64,000 bases of DNA from Chrysomallon squamiferum (GCA_012295275.1 CM022671.1:17732001-17796000); one strand, 5' to 3'; positions 11,647 through 26,272 are shown, numbered from the stretch's first letter. The notes: generated from the sequence alone by a model not told the origin. Numbers and translations are program-made.

Positions 11647-13894
11647 GATACCTTTGTGTTTAAACATGAACATTTTCCACATCGAGTTTTTAGGGTTTTT
11701 TTTTATTATTATTGTATTAAAATTTGTTATGAGTGCTGCTGATGAAAATTTTGGAAGAGTTTGGTTTTGTTATTTAAAATTTAGCCACAAAGTTAGTTTG
11801 TCTGTGTTTGAGTGTCTGTGTGTGTGTGTGTGTGTGTTTTGTTGGTATGCTTTTGTGTGTTTATATGTGTGCGTCTGTTCATTTGTCTGATTGATGTGTG
11901 TTGGTGTATTTTGCTGGTGTGAATGTCTTTGTGTATGTGTGTTTTCTTGGTGTGTGTGTGTGTGTGTGGTTATCTTGTCAAAAGATGACAATCCAAAATA
12001 CTTGCAATTTAGTTATCTCCTGGAAAGAGCAACAAATAAAGAGAATATAAAATACATTTTATTCAGTGTAACAAGTTTTGACTTTCATACGACATCAAAA
12101 GTATTTTAGACAGAAATGCATTTGTTTGAACTGTCGGTAATTTTTGAAAACATTTTGGTCTTTTTTCTTTTTTCCCTTTTTTTTTTCTTTTATAAAATCT
12201 CTTTCATCTGGTGACATCCAGACTTCTTATGTGCATTCTACCTAACCCTACACAGTTCCAATATTAGTGGTTTGCACAACTTAAACTAAGTAACAAGGAC
12301 AATTTTAATTTAACTTAAAAGTATTTAAAAAAAGAAACTCATACATACACAACTATAAAATATCTCAACAAATTTATTTTTTGTCAAGAACATGTTTTTT
12401 CATATTATAACATGATACAAGAACATCTGTGTGCTATACATTACATGAAGGAAGACACCACAACAGGCTGAGATAAATCATACTTGGTATAAAGTCATAG
12501 TAAAGAAAATTAATGGTTCAATTTGCTGTTTTTAGCGTTATGGTCTTAGTGTTAGAAATTTTTAGACCAAAGTACATTCAGTATAGAGTATCAAAAATAA
12601 GTGGTTTTTTGTCTTCAGGTTATTCTTCATAATTTGTTATAGTTCTTACACAATGAAGAAATGCAGCTAGTGTAAGTTTTTATTATTAAAGCTTCTAAAT
12701 TGAATGAAATTACAACATGCAGAAAGAAAATATCACATATATAGCAATAGAATGCATTCATCACAGAAATTGTTTAAAACCAGTTATAAATATAAAAGTG
12801 TTAGCAAACAAGGTTTGGTTGTGCAGTTTCTGATCATTACATAGATTCCTGATTTTGATTAAAATTCATAATAATAATTATTTAAAAAAGGATATATATT
12901 AAAAAAAAATTTTTAGAGTGTTTCTAAACAGGAAATTCCAACTGTTTAAGTAGTTTTAAGATGGCCTCTTTAAAATGTCTTTTCTGAGATGTATTGAAAA
13001 CTTACTTGAATTAAGAGTTATCCAGAGACATCAATTTATTAACCTCCTTTATGACATCTTTACATGTGTATCATGTTTTTGTATTGTACTGGCAAGTTGT
13101 AACATTAAGGTTAGAAAATACTGTAATGAATTATGGTCTTGGTCATACTATCCAGAACAGAACACATTATACTTGGGCCATTGTTCAAAGACACATGAAT
13201 ATTTACAAATCAGGCTGGTTTATGTGTCATTGTGTATTATTGGGGATATTTTATTTTTATTTTGTATTTAATTTTTTTTTTTTTTTTTTTTTTGTTTAAT
13301 GAATAATCAGTATTATAATCAACTAGTTTATACAAATGTTATTCAGAAACTCAGGAAACTTGAAACTTTGTTTTAAATTTAAATTGAAAATTAATTATCA
13401 CTTTACTTTTTCTTTTTCTTTTTTAAACAATCAAAATGTCAGTCAAAATATTTAAAATAAAATATTTCCTTTCAAAATAAACATTTCTCTTTTTGATTAT
13501 GATTATACTGAAATTTTAAATTAAACTGTTGTCCAAAGATTAAATATAAAATTATTGAGATTTCTTATTACGTTCAAGATGTGATGATCAAGGATAAATA
13601 TAAATAATTACAAACTGATTTCTAATCATTTATACATTTTTGCTTTTTGTTTTCTTATGAACCACAAAATGTTTTAAGTAATAGAATTTTAATTAGTGCT
13701 ACAGAAAATCAGACCCAAAATATTTTTTTTTTTTTTTTTTTTTTACATATTATATATTTGTGTATGTTGTACTGTTGTTAAATATTCACTCATTTATTTA
13801 TTTATTCATTCATTCATTTAAATGAGAAAGATAATTGGGTCTTTTTTTGTTTGTTTGTTTATGAATGTGAATTTGGAGTGATAATAGAACTGTA

Positions 13895-13900
13895 AATAAA
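13895..13900 (+). promoter_or_regulatory. Candidate ASZ1 polyadenylation signal
   Basis: TGTA then AATAAA, CA about 20 nt downstream (13921), then a long T tract; coincides with the end of the CpG-depleted zone. Confidence 0.4.
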
Positions 13901-14254
13901 AAAGTTACAAAGTTTGAGAACATTTTTTTTTTTTTTTTTTTTTGTATTAATTTTATATTTATTTTTTTTATTTATTGTTATTTACTTTTTTCTTTTACAA
14001 ATATATATATTGGATATTTTTTTTTTTTTTTTTTCGTTTCTATTTATTTTATTTTATTTTTATATTTAGTTTCGTTTTAACTATTTTTATTTTAATTCAT
14101 TTCATTTCTTATTGTTGTTCTTTTTAAAAGTCTGGATGTAAATCTTAACATACTGCGAATAGGAGAGACAGTTTGTATGTGTTTTATAATTTCAAATATC
14201 TATTTGCGTGCTGTCTATATACATACATACATACATACATACATACATACATGC

Positions 14255-14480
14255 AGTTAATGAGATATTAAACCAGATGCAGCCAGCCACGGGATATTTG
14301 TTTTAATCAGCAGTAGCAAATCGTTTTTATGCGCCTTGCCAAGAAAGCGTATAATAAGCCTTTAAAAAATTAAATAAATAAAAATTAACTTTAATAATAA
14401 TATGGCCCTCGGTTAAAGTGAGAAATGCAGACCAGTGGAATCAGCAAGATGACTGATCCTGTGACAAATCTGATCTGAGA
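14255..14480 (-). mobile_element. Highly decayed SINE copy (same family as 58158-58485)
   Basis: Colinear degenerate motifs: aatcagcagtagcaaatcgtttttatgcgcc, gagaaatgcagaccagtgg, gactgatcc. Confidence 0.35.
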
Positions 14481-15463
14481 GTAATAATACTGAAACTGTC
14501 CAAGAGATGTGAAAGATAAATTCTGTACTTGCACTTTAATTAAAAACAGAAGAAGAAAGAAAACTTCCATTCAGAACATTCATCCCGTGAACGAGTTAAT
14601 ATCTTCCAAAGTGCTGTTGTATGATTTTTAATTTTTTATTCATTTTTATTTATTTTATTTTATTATTATTTTTATTTTTATTTATATTTTTTTTATTGAA
14701 ATTTTTCGGATTATAAATATAATAAATAATATAGTGTGTGACCACATGGTAAACAGTGTCTTGACTGAATAAAGATATTTATGTTTACCAATATGACAAG
14801 AATACTTAATTCATTTGATGAAAAGATCTAATCTTAAATAGACATTCTTTAACGAAAATTTTAACAGTAATAAGAAGACGACGAAGAAGAAGATGATGAA
14901 AATAATGGGAACGGCATTTTTTTTTTTTTTTTTTTAAATTTTGGTGGGATAAAATACGGCTGCCTTAATTAAGGATTGAAAATAATTACAGTCAAACACT
15001 TAAAAAAAAAGTTCGCTATCTGGACGAGCTAGCTAGGGGAACGAGTTTATTAATAAATTCTGCCGTCGTTCGTGTTCATGCTACAATCATCAGCGGAGCC
15101 TGTATTTACAAAATTTAACAAATGAGCCCAGCATAAAACCCAGCTGGAGCGCGGATCACATTCCGCAAGTTACTGGAAACGAAGGCAATTAAGTTTAGAT
15201 TGGTCGTGTGCATTACGGTTTTCATACTCGGTAGTTTGTGAACAAGTTAGATAGAGAGAATGTAAACAGTCTCAAGAGAGAGATTAAATCTTTGATCTCT
15301 GCAAGTATTTGTAAATGACTCGATTAATTATACATAAATTAGTTCGGGAATTTTTTTTTTTGCTACATTTTTTTTGATTGAAATAAAAATAGGATGGCGC
15401 AGTTCCGGTATTGAAGAATTTTAGACTTAAGTTTTTATTTCGATAATTCTTTTTCTTCAGATT

Positions 15464-15569
<106 letters not shown>

Positions 15570-15893
15570 CCTATATTTGCCCCTATCATGAAACTAGATA
15601 AATTAGTTTTCTTTTTAGAAAAAGATAGCGCAGTTAACAAGAAATATCATTTCATGCATGCGTGCGTAATTGTGACTGAAAAAATGTACGAACATGCACT
15701 TCAATTTCATTATTTTATCCGGCTGAATAACTTACAAAACATCAACATTAATTTTAAACGAGATATTGCTATATTATAGAACATGGTTAGAACGATTAAT
15801 CGAAAAAATCGCCAATATATTTTTACAGATTTCTAAACGTATATGAAAAAAAGGTTTCCGCTGACGTAATATCTTTAATATTATATTTATTAT

Positions 15894-15907
15894 TGTGTGT
15901 GTGTGTG

Positions 15908-15997
<90 letters not shown>
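15894..15997. repeat. (GT)n(GA)n compound microsatellite
   Basis: Seen directly. Confidence 0.95.
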
Positions 15998-15999
<2 letters not shown>

Positions 16000-16592
16000 C
16001 ATTTATGACTTCATAACTCCAGTAATGTCAGCTTTGGAAAAGAAACTATAGTATTTTTGCGATATTTAGTATCAGACATATAATTATTTCTAGCAACATT
16101 AAAAACCTAAAATCAACTTCACATAACATAAATAAACATCCAGCAACGATTTATTTCCACATACTTCAATCCAGTCTAATGTCGTCTGTATTTAAAAATT
16201 AAAAGTTTAATTTCAAGAGTTATATTTTGTTTATCCAAAAATTAAAGAAAAATCTTCAGAAATCCTCCTGTATGTAAGACATCAGAATTAGTTTATGTAC
16301 AATAATTTAGTATTATTATATCTACTACTACTACTGCCGCTATTAATACTATTTCTATATTTATTTATTATTATTTTCTATTTTTAAATTTTTTATTTAT
16401 TATTATTTTAATAAATTTTAAAATTTTTATTAAAAAAAATATATATATATTTAATTCATTCTTTAAATTTTTTTATTATTTAAAATTAAAATTAAAAATT
16501 TTTTATTTTTATTTATTTATTTATTTTATTATTTATTTTTTTTTTTTTTTATTTTTTATTTTTAATTTTTTTAATTTTTTTTATTTTATTTA

Positions 16593-16623
<31 letters not shown>

Positions 16624-16903
16624 TTTTTTTTTTCTGAATTGAAATACATATTATAAATTCACAAAAGACTAATTTCTAACCATTAACCAAAATAAATAAC
16701 CCCGTTCCCTTATTTCTTGGGTTTTTTTCTCTTTTTTTTCGCGTTTACGAAATCGGCAAACGTCCCGTCCCAGACTGGTTCCAGAGTAAACGTGGCTGAT
16801 ATCCAGTCGACTCACATTTTCTCAGGTATATTTGTAGTGAAACAATACACGAGGCCCGTCCACAGGTGTGCTGTGAAACTCCGCTGCATCTTCGTATTCC
16901 AGT

Positions 16904-16926
16904 CCTTTGATCTTAGCGCTCCGCCG
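16904..16926 (+). promoter_or_regulatory. Candidate TCF/LEF Wnt-response element with helper-like site
   Basis: CCTTTGATCTT (reverse complement AAGATCAAAGG) at 16904-16914, followed by CCGCCG at 16921, inside a CpG-rich patch. Confidence 0.4.
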
Positions 16927-18669
16927 GAATCGAGATGAACCTCAAAGACTCCAGCCGAAAACAGAATTATTTTTAACCCGATTATTTATTTATGTTTTTC
17001 TTCTGCATACATCGTTAGAAGTAATTTTTTTTTTTTTTTTTTTGTTGTTGTTGTTTTTTTTGTTTTTTTCCCTTTAGTTTTTCACCTCACAGTTTCTAAT
17101 GAATCCGCAGTTGCACATAGGGAGAGTGGCATAAATGTATGCTTCTGCATTTCTCTATGTACTTTGGTTCTTTCATAAAGAAGGTATCAACATTTTGGTA
17201 AGTTTAATTCGTGTGCAGTATATGTTTTTTTTTTTTTTTTACTGTGATCTTCATTTGTATCTTTCATTGGAATTTGCTTTAAATATATAACAAAATATTT
17301 CACTATTTGATTCTGATTATTTTCGTCATAAAATATATTTTCATTTAATTATTTTCAGCATCTGTATTTTGCTTCCAAAGTTATTTCATTAATCCTTATA
17401 TCTGCTGGTATTCTCCAAATGTTACCATTTTGAAGACGGTTTAATGATTTTACTTGTTATTGTCAATATAGTTTGTATATATATATATATATATATATAT
17501 AAAAGCTACATTACGTATCTGTTCGGTATACAACACGTAATTATTTCATTAATTATTATTAATACAAAAGTTATTCATATTTCTGGTTTAAAATAAAAAA
17601 AATAATAATAAAGAAAGAAAAAAAAAAGAGGGAGGGGGAAATCCTTATTCGTTGCTTTAACTCGTTCATCAACTCAAACATTATTTCGTACTTTTTTGTT
17701 AGGAAAGATTGAATTCAGTAAAAACAACAACTTGGAGAATTGTAGTGTGTATTTCATTCGTATGTTGTAAGTTGTTTGTAATATTCTACAAAAGATGTTA
17801 ATCTAAAGAAATTACAGCAATATTGTTTACGAAAAGAAAACTATCAAAAGACTGTGCCTGATTTCGTCGGAAAGTTTCAGTTAACTTTTGTTAACTTAAT
17901 AATGAGTAGAATGATTTTAGAAAACAGCTCCAACACTTTATTTAGTTTTAGGTAAGATAGCTGATTTCTAAAAAAAATTACAGTATATGATAGACATAAC
18001 TCATAGTTTTAAATATACAGTATGAAGGTATTAATAGCGTAGGAATTTTTAATTATTATTATTATTATTATTTGTTTTTTTTTTTTTTTGCTGTTTTTTT
18101 CATACATTCTTGTCATGCATGTACGTATGTATGTAAACATGTATGTATTAATATAAGATGTGTCTAGCTATGTATGTATGTATGTATGTGAGTATGTAGA
18201 TATAAATAAATGCGAGGATTTATAGACTGCACAAATAAAAACGAATACAAACAAATATTTTAGTAAACTGTTCTTAAGTATCTGGCTGACAAAAGTCTGG
18301 GAAGCATTTCTAATTGATTACACACTTTAGTAAGGGCGTGGAAGAAAATCACCACCAGGGAAAGATGGATACGCATGGTGGCAACGCTTTCTGTGATATT
18401 TCAAATGTCTCCTAGTCTTATAAAAACATTTTCTCACTGTTGAATTTCTTTCCCTACTCCAGTTAATTGTTAGTCTCAGATTGGAATCTGTATTAATCTT
18501 CTTTTTTTTACTTTTTTTTTTTCTGCTGTTTTTCTTTTTTCACGGTAACATTGCAGAAGTTTGGTTTAATGAACTGATGTGTGCTTCTGTATGCGATATG
18601 GTTAAACAGTGAACGACCTTTATAGCTGTATCTACGTCTTCATGACATCCATTTTGTTAAATAATTTAA

Positions 18670-18739
<70 letters not shown>

Positions 18740-18895
18740 CTTTATGCTTTACGCGAGTATTTTGCTGAATATGTTCGTAATATTACTTTCTAATTAAATA
18801 ATTCGCCTGATACATACATTTTTTTCTTACCTGAATATTGGTGTATGAATATAATTAAGCAAGTTTTGCCCGCGGACATTTATTACTATTTGTAT

Positions 18896-19038
<143 letters not shown>

Positions 19039-20109
19039 TAAAATGGGGGAAAAAATCCTTTGCCATCATATATATTATTTGTTAAACCAGATATCGCAAG
19101 TCATTGAGGCGATTTGATCCTACAATTTTAAACTCTTCACATGCTATAGTCAGTAAATTCAGACTCAAAAATTCGTTGTTAGAGACAAAGAATAACGAAC
19201 TGATAATGGAATCCTGTGTTTCTCCTTCCAAGGCTCCAGTTCATTAATTATTAAAACTTTATGACGAAATCTGTGCAGTATCTTGAATATAACTCAAAGA
19301 TTAATATAAACCAGGGTATCATGAAGTTTATTTTGGTTTTCTGTGTTTTATTTTCTCATGTTTTATTATTATTATTGTCATTATTGTTATTATTATTATC
19401 ATCATCATCAAATTTCTACGAATTGCTGACTGAAGTTATATTTCATACTGAATAATTACAAAATTAAATACACATTTATCTAATCTTTTAGTATAGTTAT
19501 CGTATATCATTTACTAAAGGTATCTGAAGATGTTTTCAAATAGTTTTGTGCCATGTTCTGAAAGATTTTGAAACATTCTCTTCCGACAGAAATGGATTTC
19601 TCCAAGTTTAAAAATCAAATAAACAGATAAATAATTTAATTACCCCAAAAATAAATGAATAGCATAACTTAAAAACTAATGTAGTTCCTACTGTCTGAAT
19701 ACATATAATAGTATTTAAGTAGTTAGTAATGATGATGATGACGATATCAATGAAAAAATAAGAATGACGACAACAACAACAACAACAACAATAATAATAA
19801 TAATAATAACAATGACAAGAACAACAGTAATAAATGTATATAACTATATAATGTTTTTATATCTGTACTAATTTTATTTTTAATTTTTATTATTCTTACT
19901 ATTATTATTATTATTATTATTTTATTTATTTATTTAATTATTTTTAAACTTTAACGCCGATCATTATAAACAGTTTAAACCAAAGAAAAATATTTATATA
20001 ACAAACAAACGTGCAAGAATAAATCCAAACCATCAGAACATTTTCTTTTACCACATTATTGTTTAATAAGAGTAATCTGTAGCATGAATACTTTTTTATT
20101 TGTTTTCAG

Positions 20110-21960
20110 TTTGAGAGATATTCGTTCGTCACAGTGTGATCATTTTACTACATAGCAATTTATTTATTACGCAATAAGATTTTCGTTACATATTTTTTAT
20201 GTCATACTAAGATATTCGTTACAATGTAATCATTTTATTTTATATATATTTGTTACAGTCTAATCATTTTATTCCATAGTAAGATATTCGTTACAATGTG
20301 ATAATTTTATTACATAGTAAAACATTATTTACTGTGTGATAATTTCATTACAATGTAAGAAATTCGTTACAGTATGATCTTGTTATTATTTTGTAAGATA
20401 TTCAAAACAGAGTGATTTTTTTAATTACATAGTAAAATATTCGTTACAATGTAACTTTTTAAAATTATTTTTACAGAATACGATGCTAGTTACAGTAAGA
20501 TATTCCTTACAGTGTTGTCACTTTATTAGATAGTAAGTCATTCGTTACAGTGTGATCATTTTATTAGATAGTAAGTCATTCGTCACAGTGTGATCATTCT
20601 ATTACATTGTAATATATTCGTCTATTTATTACATAGTAAGATATTCGTTACAGTCTGATCATTTTATTACATTGTAAGATATTCGTCATTTTATTACATA
20701 GTATGACGTTCGTCACAGCGTGATCATTCTATTACATTGTAATATATTCGTCTATTTATTACATAGTAAGATATTCGTTACAGTCTGATCATTTTATTAC
20801 ATTGTAATATATTCGTCATTTTATTATATAGTAAGACGTTCGTCACAGGTTTGATCATTCTATTACATTGTAAGATATTCGTCATTTTATTACATAGTAA
20901 GACGTTCGTTACATTGTGATCATTTTATTACATTGTAAGATATTCGTCATTTTATTACATAGTAAGACGTTCGTTACAGTGTGCTCATTTTATTACATAG
21001 TAAGATATTCGTCATTTTATTACATGGTAAGTCATTCGTTAAAGTGTGATTATTTTATTACATAGTGAGATAATCGTTACAGTGTGATATTTTTATTACG
21101 TAGTAAGATATTCGTTACAGTGTGATCTTTTATTGCATAGTCAGTAATTCGTTACAGCGTGATGATTTACATTATAAGATATTCGTCATTTTATTACATG
21201 GTAAGACGTTCGTTACAGTGTACTCATTTTATTACATAGTAAGATATTAATTACAGTATGATCACTTTATTAGATAATAAGTCATTCGTTAAAGTGTGAT
21301 TATTTTATTGCATAGTAAGATATTCGCTACAGTGTGATCACTTTATTAGCTAGTAAGTCATTGGTTAAAGTGTGATTATTTTATTGCATAGTTAGATAAT
21401 CGTTACAGTGTGGTCTTTTTATTACATAGTAAGATATTCGTTACAGTGTGATCACTTTATTAGCTAGTAAGTCATTGGTTAAAGTGTGATTATTTTATTG
21501 CATAGTTAGATAATCGTTACAGTGTGGTCTTTTTATTACATAGTAAGATATTCGTTACAGTGTGAGTTTTTTTTTATTACATAGGAAGATATTCGTTACA
21601 GTGTGAGTTTTTTATTACACAGTGAGATATTCGTTACAGTGTAAGCTTTTTATTACATAGTCAGATATTCGTTTCAGTATGATCATTTTATTACATAATA
21701 AGATATTCGTCATTTTATTACATAGTAAGATATTCGTTTCAGTATGATTATTTTATTACATAATAAGATATTCGTTTCATTGTGATCTTTTTATTATAAA
21801 ATAAGATATTCGTTACACTATGGTCGTTTTATTACATGATAAAATAATCGTTACGATGTGATTTTATATATTGCATAAGAAGACATTCTTTACATGTGAT
21901 CCTTTTACTGGCGAGCAAGGATATTCTTTACACTATGATCCTTTTATTAAATAGTAAGAT
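20110..21960. repeat. Minisatellite, 38-bp unit with a 27-bp deletion variant and a 130-bp higher-order repeat
   Basis: Unit AGTAAGATATTCGTTACAGTGTGATCATTTTATTACAT; short unit AGTAAGATATTCGTCATTTTATTACAT; CGTCACAG recurs at 20581, 20711 and 20841. Confidence 0.95.
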
Positions 21961-24049
21961 GTTTATTCAGCATATTGCTGTAAGATCACTGTACAATATG
22001 TTTACATATGTAATTAAATTTGTACGTGTGTGACCATCCCGCCTCCACCTATCCAGAGACAAGGAAACACAGGGGGTCAGGTCACGCCCTTTGTATGTAC
22101 AAGGGGTAGAAGAAAAAAAAAGACCGTGAATACTGATCTACAGTTAGAGATCAAAAGCCTGATAGCGGAATATCGTTGTCGTTGGAATTTCTAATAGCTT
22201 GTTTGTATTCCTGGACACGTTCGTTCGAGCCCCCACACATTGGCCTTTTTTTTTCTTTTTTTTTTTTTTTTTTTTTTTGGCTTAAATGTTTTATTTTATA
22301 TATAGTGCTGTAAACCATATAGAGACTGATAAACACTGGCGTATGTGAACTAGATACAATAATATGTTAAACCGAACGGTGGAAAATAAAGTTAAATACG
22401 GTTTTACAGGATGCTGTCGGAAATAGCACAGCTTTTTATCTGGAACTATTTACATTTGAGGCATTATCAATTTGCTAAACCTGCCCGCCGTCTTTGTGAT
22501 GATATGGTCACGTTATTGTTTCCTCCATCGCCATAGCGATAATCTAATTGGCAGGTATATGTTTACAGGTGTAATTATGTTGATGTTGCTGTTGTTCTTC
22601 TTATTATCTGACACATTCATTTTTTTTTTTTTTTTTTTTCCAGTTGACGTTATTGTTGTTTTTCTTCTTCCAGTTCTTTTTTACTTACAGTTTATTTATT
22701 TATTTATTTATTTATTTATAGGACTAAGGAGAAAATGGTGTATTAATTTATTTACTTATTTACTTATAGTCCTCTACAGTCCTAAACTTTATTTCTTTTC
22801 TACTTATTCATTATCGTCGTCAGTGTCATCATCATCATCATTGTCATTGTTATCAGTAGCAGTAGCAGTAGTAGTATCTCCTCCACTAATAATGTTCTCA
22901 GTGTTTGTTATCTTCTTCTTTTTAAACTATATCCTCTGCTTAATATAACTGAAAAGTCAATGGTTTATTTTCTTCGAAGTTTTTGTTTTTATCTACAAAT
23001 ACTAGTTTTTTGTTTTACAAACATTATCAGTTCTGAAACGAAATATCTATATAAGCATAGTTATATTAATTTGTAGGGTTTTATTTATATTAAAGTGTAT
23101 TAAACGATATTTGTATCTAATATGAAATTTAATAAGACAGTTATTAAACGACAACAATTATAAACACTTCCTTCTCTTTAATGGACACCGTAGGATAACG
23201 AATTCATAAAATGTGTGCTTGAACCAACGTTCTGATTATAAGCATTTCATACGTTATGGAACATTTCTAGAAAATACATTTTTAACGGTGTTTTAATGGT
23301 TTCACTTGCATATTTGTTTTTATAATGGAAAACTTTAATTCTTTTTTTAAATTTTGCAGTGATAATTTTATTTAATGAATTGTCTACAATATTTATTTAA
23401 AAAATAAATTTTAACGTCGTTTTCATTTTCTAAAATATACTACGTCGCGATAATTGTATTTAATGATTGATGTACGACATTGAATTTTGTAAAGATGACT
23501 ATTTAATTGTTTCTCTACAGTGACTAATTTTAAATAAAACGTAACAACCAAATGAAGTTTATTATTTATGTTATATTTTGTATATTTAACTGTGCATATT
23601 AAATTTTGAAATCATAAACATTTTTAAATTAATAATTTAAAAATAATAATTTAAAAAGATAATTTTATGTAATGCCTAGTTTTAAATAATTTTTGACGAT
23701 GGATTTTAAATTTTGAAAAGATAGTTAAATCTAACAGTTAAATAATATGTAACTACGGATATTATGTTTTATGAGGATATCTTTATATTATTAAAGATAA
23801 CTTTATTTACTGAATTCATTTTAAAAAAAAAATGTTAACATTTTTCAATATAACTTTATTTAATGGTTAAATTTCAAATAACGTTCAACATTTTGTATTA
23901 ACTCTGGATTTTAAATTCTGTCAAGATAACTTCATTTTCAATCTAATTTTAAATAATATTTAACTACAAATGTTAATAGTGTTAATCATAATTTTAATTA
24001 AATAATAATCAGCTGTATATAATAAATTTTCAAATTATAACTTTAAACA

Positions 24050-25420
24050 ATGCTTATTTTCTCATTTAACTATGGATGTTAACTTTTGTAAAGATAATAT
24101 TATTTGGTTATTTAACTGTAGATGTTAAGTTTTATAAAGATAACTTTATTTTGTAACTTAACTGTGGATGTTAAGTGTTATAAAGATAACTTTATTTTGT
24201 AACTTAACTGTGGATGTTAAGTGTTATAAAGATAACTTTATTTTGTAATTTATCTGTGGATGTTAACTGTTATAAAGATAACTTTATTTTGTAATTTATC
24301 TGTGGATGTTAAGTGTTATAAACATAACTTTATTTTGTAATTTAACTGTGGATGTTAAGTGTTATAAATATAACTTTATTTTCTAATTTAACTATGGATG
24401 TTAACTTTTGTAAAGATAATATTATTTGGTTATTTAACTGTAGATGTTAAGTGTTATAAATATAACTTTATTTTGTAATTTAACTGTGTATGTTAAGTGT
24501 TATAAAGATAACTTTATTTTGTAATTTATCTGTGGATGTTAACTTTTATAAACATAACTTTATTTTGTAATTTAACTGTGGATGTTAAGTGTTATAAATA
24601 TAACTTTATTTTCTAATTTAACTATGGATGTTAACTTTTGTAAAGATAATATTATTTGGTTATTTAACTGTAGATGTTAAGTTTTATAAAGATAACTTTA
24701 TTTTGTAACTTAACTGTGGATGTTAAGTGTTATAAAGATAACTTTATTTTGTAATTTATCTGTGGATGTTAAGTGTTATAAATATAACTTTATTTTGTAA
24801 TTTAACTGTGGATGTTAAGTGTTATAAAGATAACTTTATTTTGTAATTTATCTGTGGATGTTAAGTGTTATAAAGATAACTTTATTTTGTAATTTAACTG
24901 TGGATGTTAAGTGTTATAAAGATAACTTTATTTTGTAATTTATCTGTGGATGTTAAGTGTTATAAATATAACTTTATTTTGTAATTTAACTGTGGATGTT
25001 AAGTGTTATAAAGATAACTTTATTTTGTAATTTATCTGTGGATGTTAAGTGTTATAAAGATAACTTTATTTTGTAATTTAACTGTGGATGTTAAGTGTTA
25101 TAAATATAACTTTATTTTGTAATTTAACTGTGGATGTTAAGTGTTATAAATATAACTTTATTTTGTAATTTAACTGTGGATGTTAAGTGTTATAAACATA
25201 ACTTTATTTTGTAATTTAACTGTGGATGTTAAGTGTTATAAATATAACTTTATTTTGTAATTTAACTGTGGATGTTAAGTGTTATAAATATAACTTTATT
25301 TTGTAATTTAACTGTGGATGTTAAGTGTTATAAAGATAACTTTATTTTGTAATTTAACTGTGGATGTTAAATTTCATAAAGATAACCTTATGTTGTAATT
25401 TTGCTGTAAAAAAAAAAATT
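24050..25420. repeat. Minisatellite, 46-bp unit, about 29 copies, with degenerate flanks from about 23340 to 25560
   Basis: Unit AACTTTATTTTGTAATTTAACTGTGGATGTTAAGTGTTATAAAGAT; period confirmed at 24785/24831. Confidence 0.95.
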
Positions 25421-26233
25421 ATTATGCTGTAAGTTAACTATTTATGCTAACTTTTACTAAAAAAAATTTAAAAAATTATAATAACTTTATTCTGTAATTT
25501 TACTGTGGACGTTAATTTTTACAAACGAAAATATCTTTATTTTTGTAACACAGCTATTGATGTTAGTTCACTTTAATTGTTTAAATTAAATTTTGTTAAA
25601 ATATAAATCAGTCGACGTGAAAATAAGACCTACATCCCAAATGTGATCTGTCATCATCAATTGTTTCTGCCAAACGAGATGCATCGCAGAAGAAATCTTC
25701 CTAAAAAAAAGAGAAAAAAACCCAGATTACTAACACAACTGAGAACAAATGAAAAATGCTTCAAAAGAAACGTTCGTGATGAATTGCTCTCACGTGCATC
25801 TGTGTGTCTTTCTTAAAGGGAAAGAATGCTGAATAAGTGAAGAGGCGAAGTCTTTGAATACTAGTGTGCTGTTGCGAGTACCTTTCTCGAAAAACTGGTG
25901 TAAAGAATTCGTTTTCGTCTCTGTAACAAACTGTGATGGTTGCGCGAAGAGCAGAAACAGACTCGCTGGAGTGGTGCAGTTTTGTTTTATTCATTTTAAT
26001 TGTGAACTTTTTTTTACTGTTTGATGTGTTGCTGATAAGATTAGTCTTGAAATCTCTCGACATCTTTCAACTCTCAATTTCTTTTTTTTTTTTTTTTTTT
26101 TTTTCTTGAAATGTATTTTACATTTAGATGAAGAACATTTTTGTTCCATAATTTTTTTTTTTTTTTTTTTTTTTCAGCTTCAGTATCTGAATTTGTTTTA
26201 ATAAAGTTATATTTACCTCTTTGGTTTTTATTA

Positions 26234-26272
<39 letters not shown>

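Noticed and set aside
20110-21960. CRISPR-like regular 27-38 bp periodicity
   Set aside because: No unique spacers, no cas genes and a eukaryotic context; it is a head-to-tail minisatellite.
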